In this document: piece after piece, positions 51,330 to 64,000 of the stretch | Layout of the letters: the number at the start of each line of letters is the position of its first letter | How positions within the stretch are numbered: position 1 is the stretch's first letter | Source of the DNA: Eledone cirrhosa | Lineage: Eukaryota | Assembly (NCBI GenBank): GCA_964016885.1 | Contig: OZ024742.1 | Span: 208,444,001-208,508,000, forward strand | DNA: 64,000 bases | Reading direction: 5' to 3' | Notes under the pieces: model-generated | Databases searched by the model: none | Seen by the model: the letters and a program-made list of their open reading frames with translations, nothing else | What the model was told of the DNA's origin: nothing | Position numbers and translations under genes: made by a program

Positions 51330-52346
51330 TATGTGGAAAAAGAAATTTGATTTTATGAAGTCGTAACTTTCCAAGTGACATTAGTAATAAGACATACCTC
51401 AAATACCCATTCCCTCGTCTAACTAATGGAAATTATGATCATTTTCACATAATATCAGATGACCATAATCAGTATTTCTCTTTTCAGATATAGCCATCTC
51501 AATGAGGGTGTCCCTGTGTACTTACATGGTCTTTTAGATATAACAACGATATCTCCCTCATGGTAAACCTACTATTCTTGGTATTGAAACCAATATATAA
51601 GGACCTCCAACAACCAAATCATCTGCAAACCAAGATCCTTTTTAAAAGACGCGTAGAATAATGTGGTCCTGGATTCTCTACAAAGAGTATGGTTACAGCT
51701 AGAATGCATTTGGCCCCATTTCTGCTTGATCATGGTTGTTTTAGAACTGGACAACAAAAACAACAATCGAAACAATCCAACAATATCATGCAATTACGAG
51801 ACAATATGGGAGCGTCTATATAATTACACGATCTACTAGATATAGAAGTTCAATACATCATAAATAACACTGTAGCGTTTAAAAATATAGGTCAGCTCCA
51901 TAGGAACTTAGTCCTGATTGATCAGATCTGTCTTGGTTAAACAAACGCAAAATACTATTCCAGCCTACAGCCGACAGCTATGAAACAAGATAATAATTTA
52001 GCCAATGTTAATATCAAATCAGCACCTAGCACAGACAGTAAACCACCAGACTCAGCACCAACAACAGCATTAACAACACAAAACACATCTATGTATAAAA
52101 AAGTATCATGTTTCGCCACAAAACATGAGGTAGGTTCACACGCCCTTCATCATTACTATTATTTAGAATATAATAAGCTTCATCTTCCACTCTATCCTCA
52201 TGATCATCATCAGTATTATCATTTGCATCATAGTCATAATCGTCCCCAGCCTAATTACGATGATAATAATCATGATCGTCACAATCATCATTATCGCCAC
52301 CTGCACCCAATCCACAATAACCGAAATCAATACGATCATAACATTT

Positions 52347-52536
52347 ACGGTGGATTGGCAGTATTGATAGAGGGTCGGACGCCATGCTTTGACGTATAGA
52401 GTTACGGCCCTTGCCATTCTGAGTTCAAATCCCACGAAGGTTAACTTTGCCTTTCATCCTTACGGGGTCGATAAAATAAAGTACCAGTAATGCACTGGGT
52501 TGTTGCTGGCCTTGCGCCTAACGTAGAAACAATTAT
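52347..52536 (+). mobile_element. SINE family A
   Basis: Near-identical to 12328-12519. Confidence 0.9.
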
Positions 52537-53261
52537 CTTCATACCAATAACATCAACAACACAAACGTTCTTTTAGTTTTTGTTTTTTCTTTCCTGCGTT
52601 TCCTCATAATTCCATTCCATTCCACTCTTCCGGTCCCTCTTATTTATTCTGTGAGTTTATTTTGTTGGTTCTATTCATCAATCTTATATAAACTCCCCCA
52701 AGACAACATTTAGCGCAGCACCAATCCAATCACTTTATTCTGGCAAAAGAATAAAATTGCATTTCCGCATTTTCGGCTGTGCCGAAGGGACTAATCCGAA
52801 ACAAAGGATTTTTATTTGATATATGTAAACAAATCATTGCAAGGAAATTCTCTTATAAATGTTCTCTTTATGATAATCAACAGCCCCTACAGCTTTATTG
52901 AGCATGTTGTATTGTATCTAAAATTTCGAATCGTAAATATTAAAAGGAGTAAAAAGAAAAATGTTTGGTGTTTGTAGAGTTCTATATAAGCTTTCTTTTT
53001 GAAGTGAATTTTACTTCTGAAATTATATTCAAGTCTATCGGCCCTAGTATCTGACATGTTAAAAAATATATACCAGTAAATAATTTGTATCGATTTAACT
53101 AACTGTTCCATCTCCCAGAATCGGTGGCAATGTGTCTCTATTATTGTTCTGTGTTTAATAATACTATGAATACCAAAAGGTGATAAACGCGGTAGAATGC
53201 CAGACTAAAGGTTTTGAAGTATTTAGTACCATCCTAAACCATCTTGAATTTAAAGTTTGTC

Positions 53262-53537
53262 TTTGTTTACTGTATCTTCTATACTTCTGAAGTTGTTAAA
53301 CTAAATGTCAGACATATATCGTGGTCAAGGAAAATGATGTTAAAAATTTCATTTAAACAGCTGTGGATCTGTGCCTGTGTAAGTAAACATCAATATTATC
53401 TCTTCCTACGTCGTTAATTGTCTCCAGAAATCAAGTCGAAAAATGACGGGTGTCGAGCCCGCCCCCATAAACGGCTAATATATATGTCTGACATTTAGTT
53501 TAACAACTTTAGAAGTATAGAAGATACAGTAAACAAA
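53262..53537. repeat. 58 bp inverted repeat (1 mismatch), 160 bp spacer
   Basis: 53262-53319 versus 53480-53537. Confidence 0.9.
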
Positions 53538-56088
53538 TATATTACGTTATGCTGTATATTTTATCATTTATTTAAATATGATTTTATGTTTTGAGTGTGT
53601 TTTTCATGGTTTAATATGATGTTTAGCAGACTGATTTAAAGTTGCGTCAATCGCGATAACACGAGGTTTAATATTGCCATATAATATTAAGAAAAACCCC
53701 ATAACTTCGAAAATAACGAAACTTGAAACGACGTAAGTCAAATTATAGCTGTATTTGCTATTAGGACGTCAATAGATGGCAAATATATGTAAGTGCCGAG
53801 GTAATTTTTTCTGTTGAATCCAAAATTCTCCAAGTTCGGCTTGCTTTTTCAGTTTCCAGGTTTGATAAAATAGATTAATAGTCATATACTGGAGTTTAGT
53901 TAAATCGACTTGGATATCGCCCTCTAAATGTGTGTCACTGTGCACACGATTTAAAAAAAATATATTATTTATTATCAAATTAGACGATGGATGCGGACTC
54001 AACATAATCACTTGATCAGCTAGAAATAGGAGCCACATATCTCTAAAATCGTCTACATCCGTTTACTCTAATAACCTTTATTGCAGGTCCACTCTATCTG
54101 GCCTAACAAAAACCAACAACAATTATTTAGTGTGTTACTTCAGTAGGAATTGTAGAATAAAGATTAGAGTGCTTTGCATTAATTATTTACACAGTTTTTG
54201 GTTCTGCTTTCAAATACTGCTCAAATAATTTTCTTTATGAAGTGGCGCACGGCAATTGCTATCACTGGGTGTGCTACTATGTTGACTCGACTACAGTTTT
54301 AGGTATAAACACGTGAAATTTAGACTTTTTCTGAAGTATTTACTTACATCCTTTTGATTTCTATGTTCAAATACTATTGAAGTGAAGTTTGTCTTTCATC
54401 CTTTATGTGTCGTCAAAATAAAATATTCAGTACTACCAGCAAAAATACGTTTTCGTGCGATATTTAAAATATCAACATCACTTTCATTATTCTATGAGCA
54501 TGCTTACTTCATTCTCTTTGATGATTACTTTGATGTATAACACTACAAAATCAATTATGTAATTACCAATAATACATAGACATTAATATAGCTGGTACTT
54601 ACATTTATATGTTCAAATATTACCCTTTTCAAATTTATCTATTATGTTTAGTTGAGGAGAACATGGTTTGATGAATAGCATCTAATGATCTCTGTGATGT
54701 ACGTCACATTCTTCCTTGTGATATGTTTACTTCATTTTTTTATTGGTTCTCATGCATTAAAATTCTAGTTAGAACGAATAGCCTATGAGGTGTTGCTTAA
54801 ACTTTAGTTGTACATTACGCAATAAATGATGCGTTAATCTCTGGAAATCAACCGTCATATTAAAGATGCGGTGTATAGCATTAGTCATTTGGCTCAGTAG
54901 ACGGAATAATTAACGGTTATTATCAGATTACAGTTGAAACAAAATGACGCTAGAAAACACTCATATCGTAAATGTCTTTGTTACCGAACCGCAAGTATTT
55001 AATTAATTTGAGATGCCTAGCTTAAATATAACAAGATTCAGACCCCCTAGGCATTGAATGTTTTTTGCGGAGATCGCTCTGAAACAAAGACTTGTGCTAG
55101 GCCTCTGACTTGAAAATAACATTTGTTCTTCCTGCATTCGCCCCACTAGTAAGGGAAGATTTAATACATTATACATTTTAAGAAATAAATAGGTGATATA
55201 GATCCTCCCAATAAATCAAAGAATCCTATGGTGGTCCGGTGACTAAATGGTTTATGCAACACAGATAGCGTAGTTTACCTGTTAACTCTAACTGCTGCAA
55301 TCACAACGAATACACGTTTTTTTCTATATATTTATTATCATTGACAACAATGGTCTCAGTTGCGTTAATTAGACTTCAACCAACCATGATACCCTTTAAC
55401 ATAACCACCTCAAACCCGCTTAATAACCACTGTATACAATATTTACTCCACAGAACTATATCAATTTTCCTCAATTTTCATCCATATTTGGTCCGGATGA
55501 TTCATATTTTGTCTCTCCGATAAGTATAGTATATACTTATAAGATTCACAAAATCCAATCACTTTTCCAAATTACAATTGCAATTTGGTGAAGTGATTGG
55601 ATTGGTGAATTATTATAGAAATTATCCATAGTTATTTATTGCGAGTTTCTAACAATGAATAAGTTAAGATATATTATTTCCCCCGTAATATATTCGGAAT
55701 AGCGTAAGTTGTTCAAAACTAAATAATCAGTCGCAAAAGCCTAATTCCTTTGTCTTCGTATGTTTTACACACACTACACAGAAGACAGAAATATATCACA
55801 AGGTTTATAGAAGCTTTATACAATTTCCATGTATGTCAATAGAACAGAGGAATTTGCTATGCATTTTCTAAAGTTTATTTTATTTTTCTTCTGTAAAATA
55901 TAAAATCGCAATTACTATTGATGTTTCGTTAAAATTACGACCAATTTTACGTATATGTTGTGAATAATCTACAATGTAATAGTACGATTAAAGAAAATTG
56001 TCCTTCTTATAGAATGCACACATTTTTTATATAGAGGGTTCTTTCAGCTTTGTTTGAAAATACCCCCTCCTTTCAATCCCTATATATT

Positions 56089-56127
<39 letters not shown>

Positions 56128-57403
56128 GTATGTATGTATGTGTGTGTGTTTATGTGTGTATGTGCGATTGTGTGTGTGTAAAGGGAGACAGGCAGACAGA
56201 CAATTAAATTATGGGGAGAAAGAGTTCAATATATATATGTGTATATTCATATATATATATATTGAGGCATGAAGATAGTTTTCTTGTCTGTGTCTAGTAT
56301 GACATATAATGTTAGTTATGTAGTGTATGTCAATTATACAAGAGAACAATGCAAGCTGAAATCTGGTTCCCGAGAGTTCCGTTACCTTGAGGTAAATACG
56401 ACTCGAGCTACTTTTCTCATGGCTATATCCAATAGGAAGCAGCATATGAAAGTGAAGAATAACAAATGAAAATTTAGCTAGTAATAATGAAAATGATTTC
56501 GCTGTCATAAAGAAGGTATATAAAAAAAAAGAAGGAAATATAAATAGCCTGGAGGGGATAAGAGCCTCATCTGAAACGAAAGAGAAATTCTATCGTTTAT
56601 TTGGCTCAATAATTTCTTTCATTTCTTCCCCTCTTCACGTTCTTTTTTTTCTTCTCTTTAATTTATACGCTGAGGCAAAGGCCTCTACATATTCGCACTA
56701 CTGAGTCACAGAGCAACGTTTTCCGGCTGAAAGACTCATACAATATGATTTCCTTTCCTGCTATTTTCAACCTCTTTTTTCATTTTTTTCATTTATTCAT
56801 TCATTTATCCTTCTTTACTTTCTGATACAGTTATTTCATTCATGTTTGATTTTTCATTCTACAACCATTTCTCATTCTCACTGTGTATTCCGATCTCCTG
56901 TCTCATTCCATATAAAATTAAAGTTATGTTTTGGTTGATTTGTTGGGTTTTATTCATTCTTTTATTTTTATTTTTAAACCCTTCTTACCACTTTGGGGTT
57001 GCCTTCGGCTTTAATACTCTCAAAGAAGAAATAATAAAAGACAAAAGGAAAGAAATAATATTGAAACGGGGAAATTGAAAAAAATGTTGCAGTAAATGTT
57101 TCCGTGTTAGACGATGCTAAATTATGAAATCAGCACCGTCTTTTAAGAAATAAATATACATGTTTATTCGAGATAATTTTTTATAGGACCTGAAATATAT
57201 GATGAACAGGAAAGAATAGTATTGTATTAATATTTGTTGTACCCCATTCCATTTTCTCTATATATGTCGCCTGCATGTCAATCTTTCTACCAATTTACAC
57301 ATGCATGAATATATATCCACACACTTATATATATATATATATATATATATAGGAACAAGTAAGACCCCGACGGCTGAGCTCAAGCCGTTTCGACGGCTAA
57401 TTC

Positions 57404-57470
57404 TGAGATGGAGGATCTGTGGTTTTTCTCACATCTCAGATGTGAGAAAAACCACAGATCCTCCACCTCA
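57404..57470. repeat. Perfect 28 bp hairpin (1 nt centre) inside a PLE-terminal-like segment
   Basis: tggaggatctgtggtttttctcacatct-c-agatgtgagaaaaaccacagatcctcca (57409-57465). Confidence 0.9.
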
Positions 57471-57667
57471 ACTCTACTTTTCAAAAGCAGAAGAACTGCG
57501 AAACCGGTAAAGGAACCAAATAAATATATATATTTAAAAAAAAATAAGACTCCAGTTGCATTTTCGATTTCATCTCTTTTTCTTTATACTTTCACTCGTG
57601 TAGGACACCTCGGTTATTTTTCAATTTGTAAAAAAAACCTCACTTTCTAATATATATATATATACGC

Positions 57668-57703
<36 letters not shown>

Positions 57704-57897
57704 TTATTTAAGTTTGTTGGTTCACCACTGGATAGAATTGGTCATTCCGTATGGTCAACCTCGATGTAATATTAGGGAGAGCACTCGAGGTAATGCATCT
57801 AACCCGTCTTCGTTTGTGTTGTTGGTGGTGCGAGTACGGAGTTAATTATTATAAAATAACAGATGGTTGGACTGGTGTAATTCCTTAAAGGTTTATT

Positions 57898-57955
57898 ATA
57901 CTATGAATATTTCAATGAGCCGGTTCAGTATGAATCCGGTGACATCATCAGGTAT
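57898..57955 (-). ncRNA. Type I hammerhead ribozyme motif
   Basis: Minus strand: auac-CUGAUGA-ug..ccgg-a-uuca-uac-ugaa-ccgg..ca-uu-GAAA-U-AUUC-A-UA-guau, immediately followed by AAUAAA. Confidence 0.85.
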
Positions 57956-58264
57956 TTGAAATCTAACAAAGGAAGATAATCCATGGAGCTGAAAAGGCAG
58001 ATTGACAAGAAGGCGGCCAGCCATTTAACAGTTTCTAGTTCGGTCGGCCGCCCTCAAGTGACGACTACCAATTCTTCTTATGCCTTTCTGGTGAAGGGGC
58101 GTCAACTTATAGTGCACCTCTACCACCCCGTCACGGACAGAGGCTAGCGGTGGGATCAGTTTACATTGAAGTTTGGTTACTCACACACATTTAAGGAGAA
58201 CATATATTTTCTCCTTAAATGTGTGTGTATAGCGAGCGACTATGCATATGACTGTCATTATCTC

Positions 58265-58450
58265 GGTGGATTGGCAGTATCGGTAGATAGTCGGACGCCA
58301 TGCTTTCCAGCATAGTTACGTCCCTTTACGATCTGAGTTCAAATCCCGCCTAGGTTGACTTTGCCTTTCATCCTCACGGGGTCGATCAAATAAAGTACCA
58401 GTAATGCACTGGTTATTAGCTGGCCTTGTGCCTAATGTAGAAACAATTAT
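58265..58450 (+). mobile_element. SINE family A
   Basis: Matches 4968-5158; attatctc repeated at 58257-58264 and 58446-58453. Confidence 0.9.
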
Positions 58451-58921
58451 CTCTGTGCTTGTGTGTGTGTATGTCTGTGTTCACGCGTGGATGTGTGAAC
58501 AACCAAATACAGCAGTAACTTATTGAAGTGTAGCAGACGTGTGACAGCTAACGCCATGATGGTCAGCGGACTGGTATCTGTTGTCATAATTATCGTGACG
58601 TCGATAACTAGCGGCCAATCTCAGGACGCGCGAAGAGGATGAAGTTTTTGACGGTACAGGCCCAGAGAATCAGATACACCAGTGAGAGAATATGCTCCGA
58701 AATCATTAGACGTATCCGTCGAACCTGCGGGTCCAGAATCAGACAGATCCACACAATGATCCCGTCTCGAGCTGTCCGCCGGGGAAACAATTGTAACACA
58801 CAATAAATTGAGTTCAGATGCATTACTAATATTTCGTTTTCTACTATATCATACTCTGCTCTGTAAGAGCATAGAGTGCTCAACTGGCATACCGCCTATG
58901 GAATCATCTTAGCTACCATCA

Positions 58922-59122
<201 letters not shown>

Positions 59123-59439
59123 TGAATTAGAATGCTATTTTTATTCTTTTCAATTACTACAATTTTTTAGCGGCGTGAAATAGAATTTTCGAGAATTGCT
59201 AAACACATCGAATCCTCGTCAACCTTATAAAATGGCACCCTTTCATATACAACGAAATATAATTTAATATGTTTTGACTCCTATTTCTGGCATGCCGAGC
59301 AATATCTTAGATGCTTCCTCCTTGTCTCGATCATTAATAGCACATCCAAATAGCGAATTGCTGTAAGGCTTTTATTGGTGTATTTTATATTGTTAATCAA
59401 TTAAAAGTAATATTTAAGTATATGCGTCTTCTTGTCGTA

Positions 59440-60790
59440 TGACACATGCACATTGTTTAAAGAAAGAGCAATTGATACCGGTGAGCCTGGGCAAGACGCC
59501 TTATGCAATATTATGGATTTCCTCCAGGCCACCTGGTCTCCAGTCACATGCTGGGCTGTCTTTCATTTTCCATCGATGGAGATGATTGCTATCCTGACAT
59601 ATGTTGTGCGGATCTGATTAAGGGATGCTCATTGCATTCTAGGAAGGTCAAAACCAGCTGTTTATGATGTGGGGTCCTGGAAGACGGCTTGGTTGGTAAA
59701 CCTGGACGTACTTCATGATCTTCCCCACTCTCCCTTCGGATCAAAGTTATTTTTTTGAAGGTTCTTCATTGATTCCCAGAAGGGTTTGCATGATTTCAAG
59801 CGCATGTTAGGAAGGTTCTCCAAGTGTTCATGCACAGGAAGTTCAGGGTTGGCCTTGTTAAAAAGTGCTGCCTCGTGATCATCTCCTGATGCCGCATGTG
59901 AGAAGGAGCTATATGAGAACGGGTAGGCAACCACTGAGGAGTTATAGATATGCGTGCGCCTGATACTATTCTCATTGTTGTGATGAGGATGCTGTCAACT
60001 TGCTCGGCAAGGTAGCCTACTGCCTAGACCGGTAAGCAGTAATCTGCATCAATATATGAAAGTGCTGAGCACCCAGTTCGGAGGGTGTGCATCGGCTCTT
60101 TCCTGCTAACTTTCAGATGATATTAACCCAAGTCTTGGGTATGTTGGCAACCCTCTTGAGCTGAAAGATTCCAAATCAGCATTCATGAAGTTCCACCGTG
60201 GTAGTGGCTAGAATTATGCTACAGTAATCTCTATGCCGATGTGTATGACAGCTGGTCTATATTGGACGTGGGGGAAGTAGTGAAGGAGTATCTTGAAAGG
60301 AGTCTGAACAGTAAGTCTATAGATTGATTTGGTAGCAGAAGTCTGGGTTGTAATCCTTCTTCCAGCGACTAGAATGGAACATGCCAGATTCTTTGGCATC
60401 ACGAAAAAGATAGCGGTCACGGGCTGAAGCCCACGCCTCGTTGACTGTGGCATAGCCCCATGAAGAATGGTGGCTGTTGAAGTTATCAACATGCAGTACC
60501 GGATGGGAGTGGGCTTTCAAAGCAGGAGAGGTATAATAACTTCTTGGCGGCTTGTCCTCGTTAGTGGCGGTGAGGCCCCCGACCCTCACAGTAGTAACAA
60601 ATATATCATCCCTGCAGGATTCCTCAAGAGAAAGTTCTGTAATAGCATGCTTCACGTAAGTGGCAACACCGTATTTTGTATGGGTTACTGTAGCAATGAG
60701 CTTGTAAGCAAAGACGCGAAGCTTAGGACAGCTCTCGATATCAGCAATGTGGGATTCCTGTATTAATATGACTTCATGTCAAGATCTTTC
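59440..60790 (-). pseudogene. Vingi/Ingi-like LINE relic (APE endonuclease joined to C-terminus; RT core missing)
   Basis: DNFNSHHSSWGY..DAKESGMFHSSRWKKDYNPDFC, FPHVQYRPAVI; C-terminal LPNMRLKSCKPFW and GFDLPRMQ*ASLNQIRT. Confidence 0.7.
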
Positions 60791-61544
60791 GCGCTTTTAC
60801 TCAGGTAGTCGTATTTTGCTCTTGTCATACCTACCGCATTGATGTGTAGGATACGTAGAGATTTCCCGATCTGTCAGGAAGGTTGAACCTTAGAAGAGCT
60901 GTTGGTGTGATGACTAATAATAGACATGATGAAAAGGACTTTGACAAAAAAGCAATTTGATTGTACAAGTAGTGCATATATCGAGGAATGACATTTGTTC
61001 GAATGAATACCGCACAGGGCGGATCACGTGAAGGTTGCCATCTCCTACCCCAAGTATATACTGAAACAAACTTCTTTAAAAATAAATTAATTTCCCTATA
61101 TTCTTTTAGAAAAATGAATTTCAGTAAAAATATACTGAAATCCATTTTTTTAAGTAAATTGTTTTCATAATATGAAAATACTGCAAGAATATTTACTCTA
61201 AAATGTAAGAATCGGGAAATAATTATCTACGTAGGGATATCGTTGTGTCGGAGAGAGGGTAAGAAGCACAGAAGAACAATTCATCGAAGCTTGATCCAAT
61301 CAACTACATAAATGTCTCCACTAAAGATATCACTGCGCTTTACTCATATCAGCTCTTGCATGTTAGAAAACACAACTATAACTATGTTGATTTCGGGGTA
61401 TATTTCATTTAATACAAATTACTCAATTTAATAACTCTTCGTTAACTCAATAACGTCTTCTTCAACATCCAAAATATAAACATACACATACCGACCATAA
61501 TTAAATATGGAATGATACGCGATGTCCCAAACACACACATACAC

Positions 61545-61815
61545 ACAGCCCCGGCGGTCAGAATGGAGAAGGCGTTTCCTCGGGAGACGGCAAGGGAGAT
61601 GCGCTGGAAAAGCCACTCCAACTCGCGGTGAGTAGTGAGGTAGCCCTAGTGCCGAGCACACCAGAAGTCTCCACTGCCAGGGGTACAACTGCAAACCTGT
61701 CGGAGAGTGCCCGGTATTTGAGGAATTTAGCCTCCTCAACACGACGTGCAGCAGAACCCGTGTTAGTCGCAGACTGCACCAGGTTGCGGCTGCAGAAATT
61801 GTCGGAAAACAAGAC
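61545..61815 (-). pseudogene. CRE-clade non-LTR REL-domain fragment
   Basis: GSAARRVEEAKFLKYRALSDRFAVVPLAVETSGVLG matches the AA..AE..K..KY..L...F.P.A.ET.G..G signature. Confidence 0.7.
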
Positions 61816-62051
61816 AGATTTTCCCCGTGAAATATATAGGCTTACTAAAAACTAAAGATAATGCCAAACATAAGATACCTCATATAAACAATTCATTGTA
61901 TGTATTAATGGTTCTTATGCACTTTTCCAGCTTCATCCCCTCGAACCTTTTGTAGTCCCGCTGTCCTTAGTTTTATTGTTTCTGTTAAAACTTTTCTATT
62001 TTTTTCTTCTAGTAGTTGGATATCTTCCAAGTACTGCTACTATAATATAAC

Positions 62052-62240
62052 TGTTTCTACTTTTGGCACAAAGCCAGCAATTATCCTAGTGCATTGCTGG
62101 TGCTTTATTTTATCGACCCCGTAAAGATGAAAGGAAAAATTAACATAGGTGAGATTTGAACTCAGACTGTAAAGGGCCGTAATTCTATGTCGAAAAACAT
62201 GGCGTCCGACCCTCTACCGCTATTGTCAATCCACCACCCT
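62052..62240 (-). mobile_element. SINE family A with imperfect 18 bp TSD
   Basis: ctgctactataatataac (62034-62051) versus ctgatactatactataac (62242-62259). Confidence 0.85.
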
Positions 62241-63338
62241 GCTGATACTATACTATAACGCCATGTTCCTATATTTCGTGATTTCGAGTGTACTGCTGAG
62301 TAGGACAAACTACCTACTCAGCTTAACACTGGCTTTGAATACTTCAAAATTAGTTCCGTCTATTGGAAATATTCGGAATAAAACCCCGCTTGTTTTCCCA
62401 TCCGTTGTTTTTTATGCAAATATAAAGTTGCAGATTAAATTTTATTTTCATTCTCCTCACTTTCATGCATAACTGAGAACAATTGTGCGGCCCCACCTTC
62501 TATCATAGTCATTAAACAAATTTTCAGAATCAGAGCAATTTCAATATACATCGTTTTGTTCGATCTAAGCTGCAAGCATCCTTGAGATTCTTCGGTGTGA
62601 AAGAAGTAGCAAACACAACACTTTCAAACCACACCTATTCATTTTAAAAATGAGATGGAACTATGCTTGGCAAACAGACAGAGAGAACTTAGCTATGGTA
62701 CCTTTGATGATAGCTGTGATCGATCAGAACAGACTTACAGCTAAAAATATACAACTTTTATAAACCAACAAGAGAGCTTCAATGTGGTTTCTCGAACTAC
62801 CAAAATTTGCGGCTAAATATTCCTTAGACCACTCTCTACAGTCTTATATAAAAAAAGGCATTATATATTGGAGTTACTGTTAGAATGCGTTTGATCATAT
62901 ATGTTTCAAACACTGCTGAGCTCTGGATAAATAACAACAATATTGTCTCGTTCTTTTAAACACTACTAGCTTTTCATGCTTTCTGTTAGAATGACATCAA
63001 TAATATATAAACCCGTCCTGAGGTTATTTCTGATATTATCTCCCACCCCCAACATACCTTAAGCATTCTGTAAGTTAAGTATAGTTGTAACCAAGCTCTA
63101 ATAGTAGCTCATGACTTCCCTGGGATACTTTTATATATTCATAATAGGTGGCAGCACTAGATGCGGTTTGAAATATGCCTATCGGATTCAAGTCTCAAAT
63201 ATTTTACTAAAAATAGTCCTGTACGTACCTAACAATTTCCTTGAGATGATAGTGAGGATATTCATGGTAATGATGATGTTTAAATGATAGAATGGATTGT
63301 GAGAAAGGTGTAATGATAATTATAATAGTGGTAATGGT

Positions 63339-63472
63339 GAAGAAGAAGAAGAAGAAGAAGAAGAAGAAGAAGAAGAAGAAGAAGAAGAAGAAGAAGAAGA
63401 AGAAGAAGAAGAAGAAGAAGAAGAAGAAGAAGAAGAAGAAGAAGAAGAAGAAGAAGAAGAAGAAGAAGAAGA
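63339..63472. repeat. (GAA)n microsatellite
   Basis: Directly visible. Confidence 0.95.
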
Positions 63473-64000
63473 TAACGTGGGTGATGATAATCATTAGAAC
63501 ATTGAAGATGATAATAGCATCACTCAAAAAATTACTGATTTCATTCAATTAACGTGTCTGCCACACCACTAAAATCACTCCCAGTAATCTCTGACCATTT
63601 ACTTACGTATCCGATTGACCCCGATTCAAGCAAGCATGCAGCCTCACTTCACCACCATCTCATCACAATTTTTGTTTTTAGTTCAAGTGTTAAGTCGGCT
63701 CCTAAAAATACATATACAAAATGAACATATATAAAATACAATAAACCAGTCGAAAAGATCTCACAAATCTAATATATTTTGATTGCTACAAAATGGTGGC
63801 TCGACCTTCGCCTAGCTATTCATTATATTAATGCATTTTTATCTTTGTTTTTGTTTTTTCTTTTTTCTTTCACCTGTCTCTTGAACATCAATGAAAATTG
63901 CTATCTAGATGTTTTTATTGTTATACTAGCATGAAATCCCTGATATATCTATCTATACTTCAATATTTTCAGCTCAATAGAAAATTAAAAGAAATAGGTA

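Noticed and set aside
51980-52399. His-rich 139 aa ORF
   Set aside because: It is decayed (CAT)n-like low-complexity sequence running into a SINE.
63207-63552. Poly-Lys and poly-Phe ORFs (also poly-Ser at 48193 and 50223, poly-Asn at 39113)
   Set aside because: They are trinucleotide microsatellites.

Overview
AT-rich, microsatellite-dense eukaryotic DNA made up almost entirely of transposable elements; no host gene could be supported. The SINE families and (TA)n/(AAT)n landscape suggest an octopus or other cephalopod genome (inference). Main contents: (1) a ~16 kb (AAT)n-anchored retrotransposon pile-up at 27.98-44.44 kb, with four co-oriented R4/Dong-clade (RT + restriction-like endonuclease) elements, one nearly intact (1204 aa), plus an antisense, uninterrupted Tx1/L1-type RT ORF and antisense SINEs. 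(2) A tRNA-derived SINE whose 18-19 bp TSDs start with ATTAT and whose 3' end matches the 3' end of that Tx1 element, a candidate ATT-targeting LINE/SINE partnership. (3) Penelope-like elements (one Neptune-like, two Naiad-like families), three canonical and several variant or degenerate type I hammerhead ribozyme motifs, and recurrent head-to-head fold-backs from 116 bp to ~5.2 kb. (4) Relics of mariner, Gypsy (including a probable solo LTR), Vingi/Ingi and CRE elements. Clade names come from recognising motifs by eye, and boundaries of degenerate elements are approximate.
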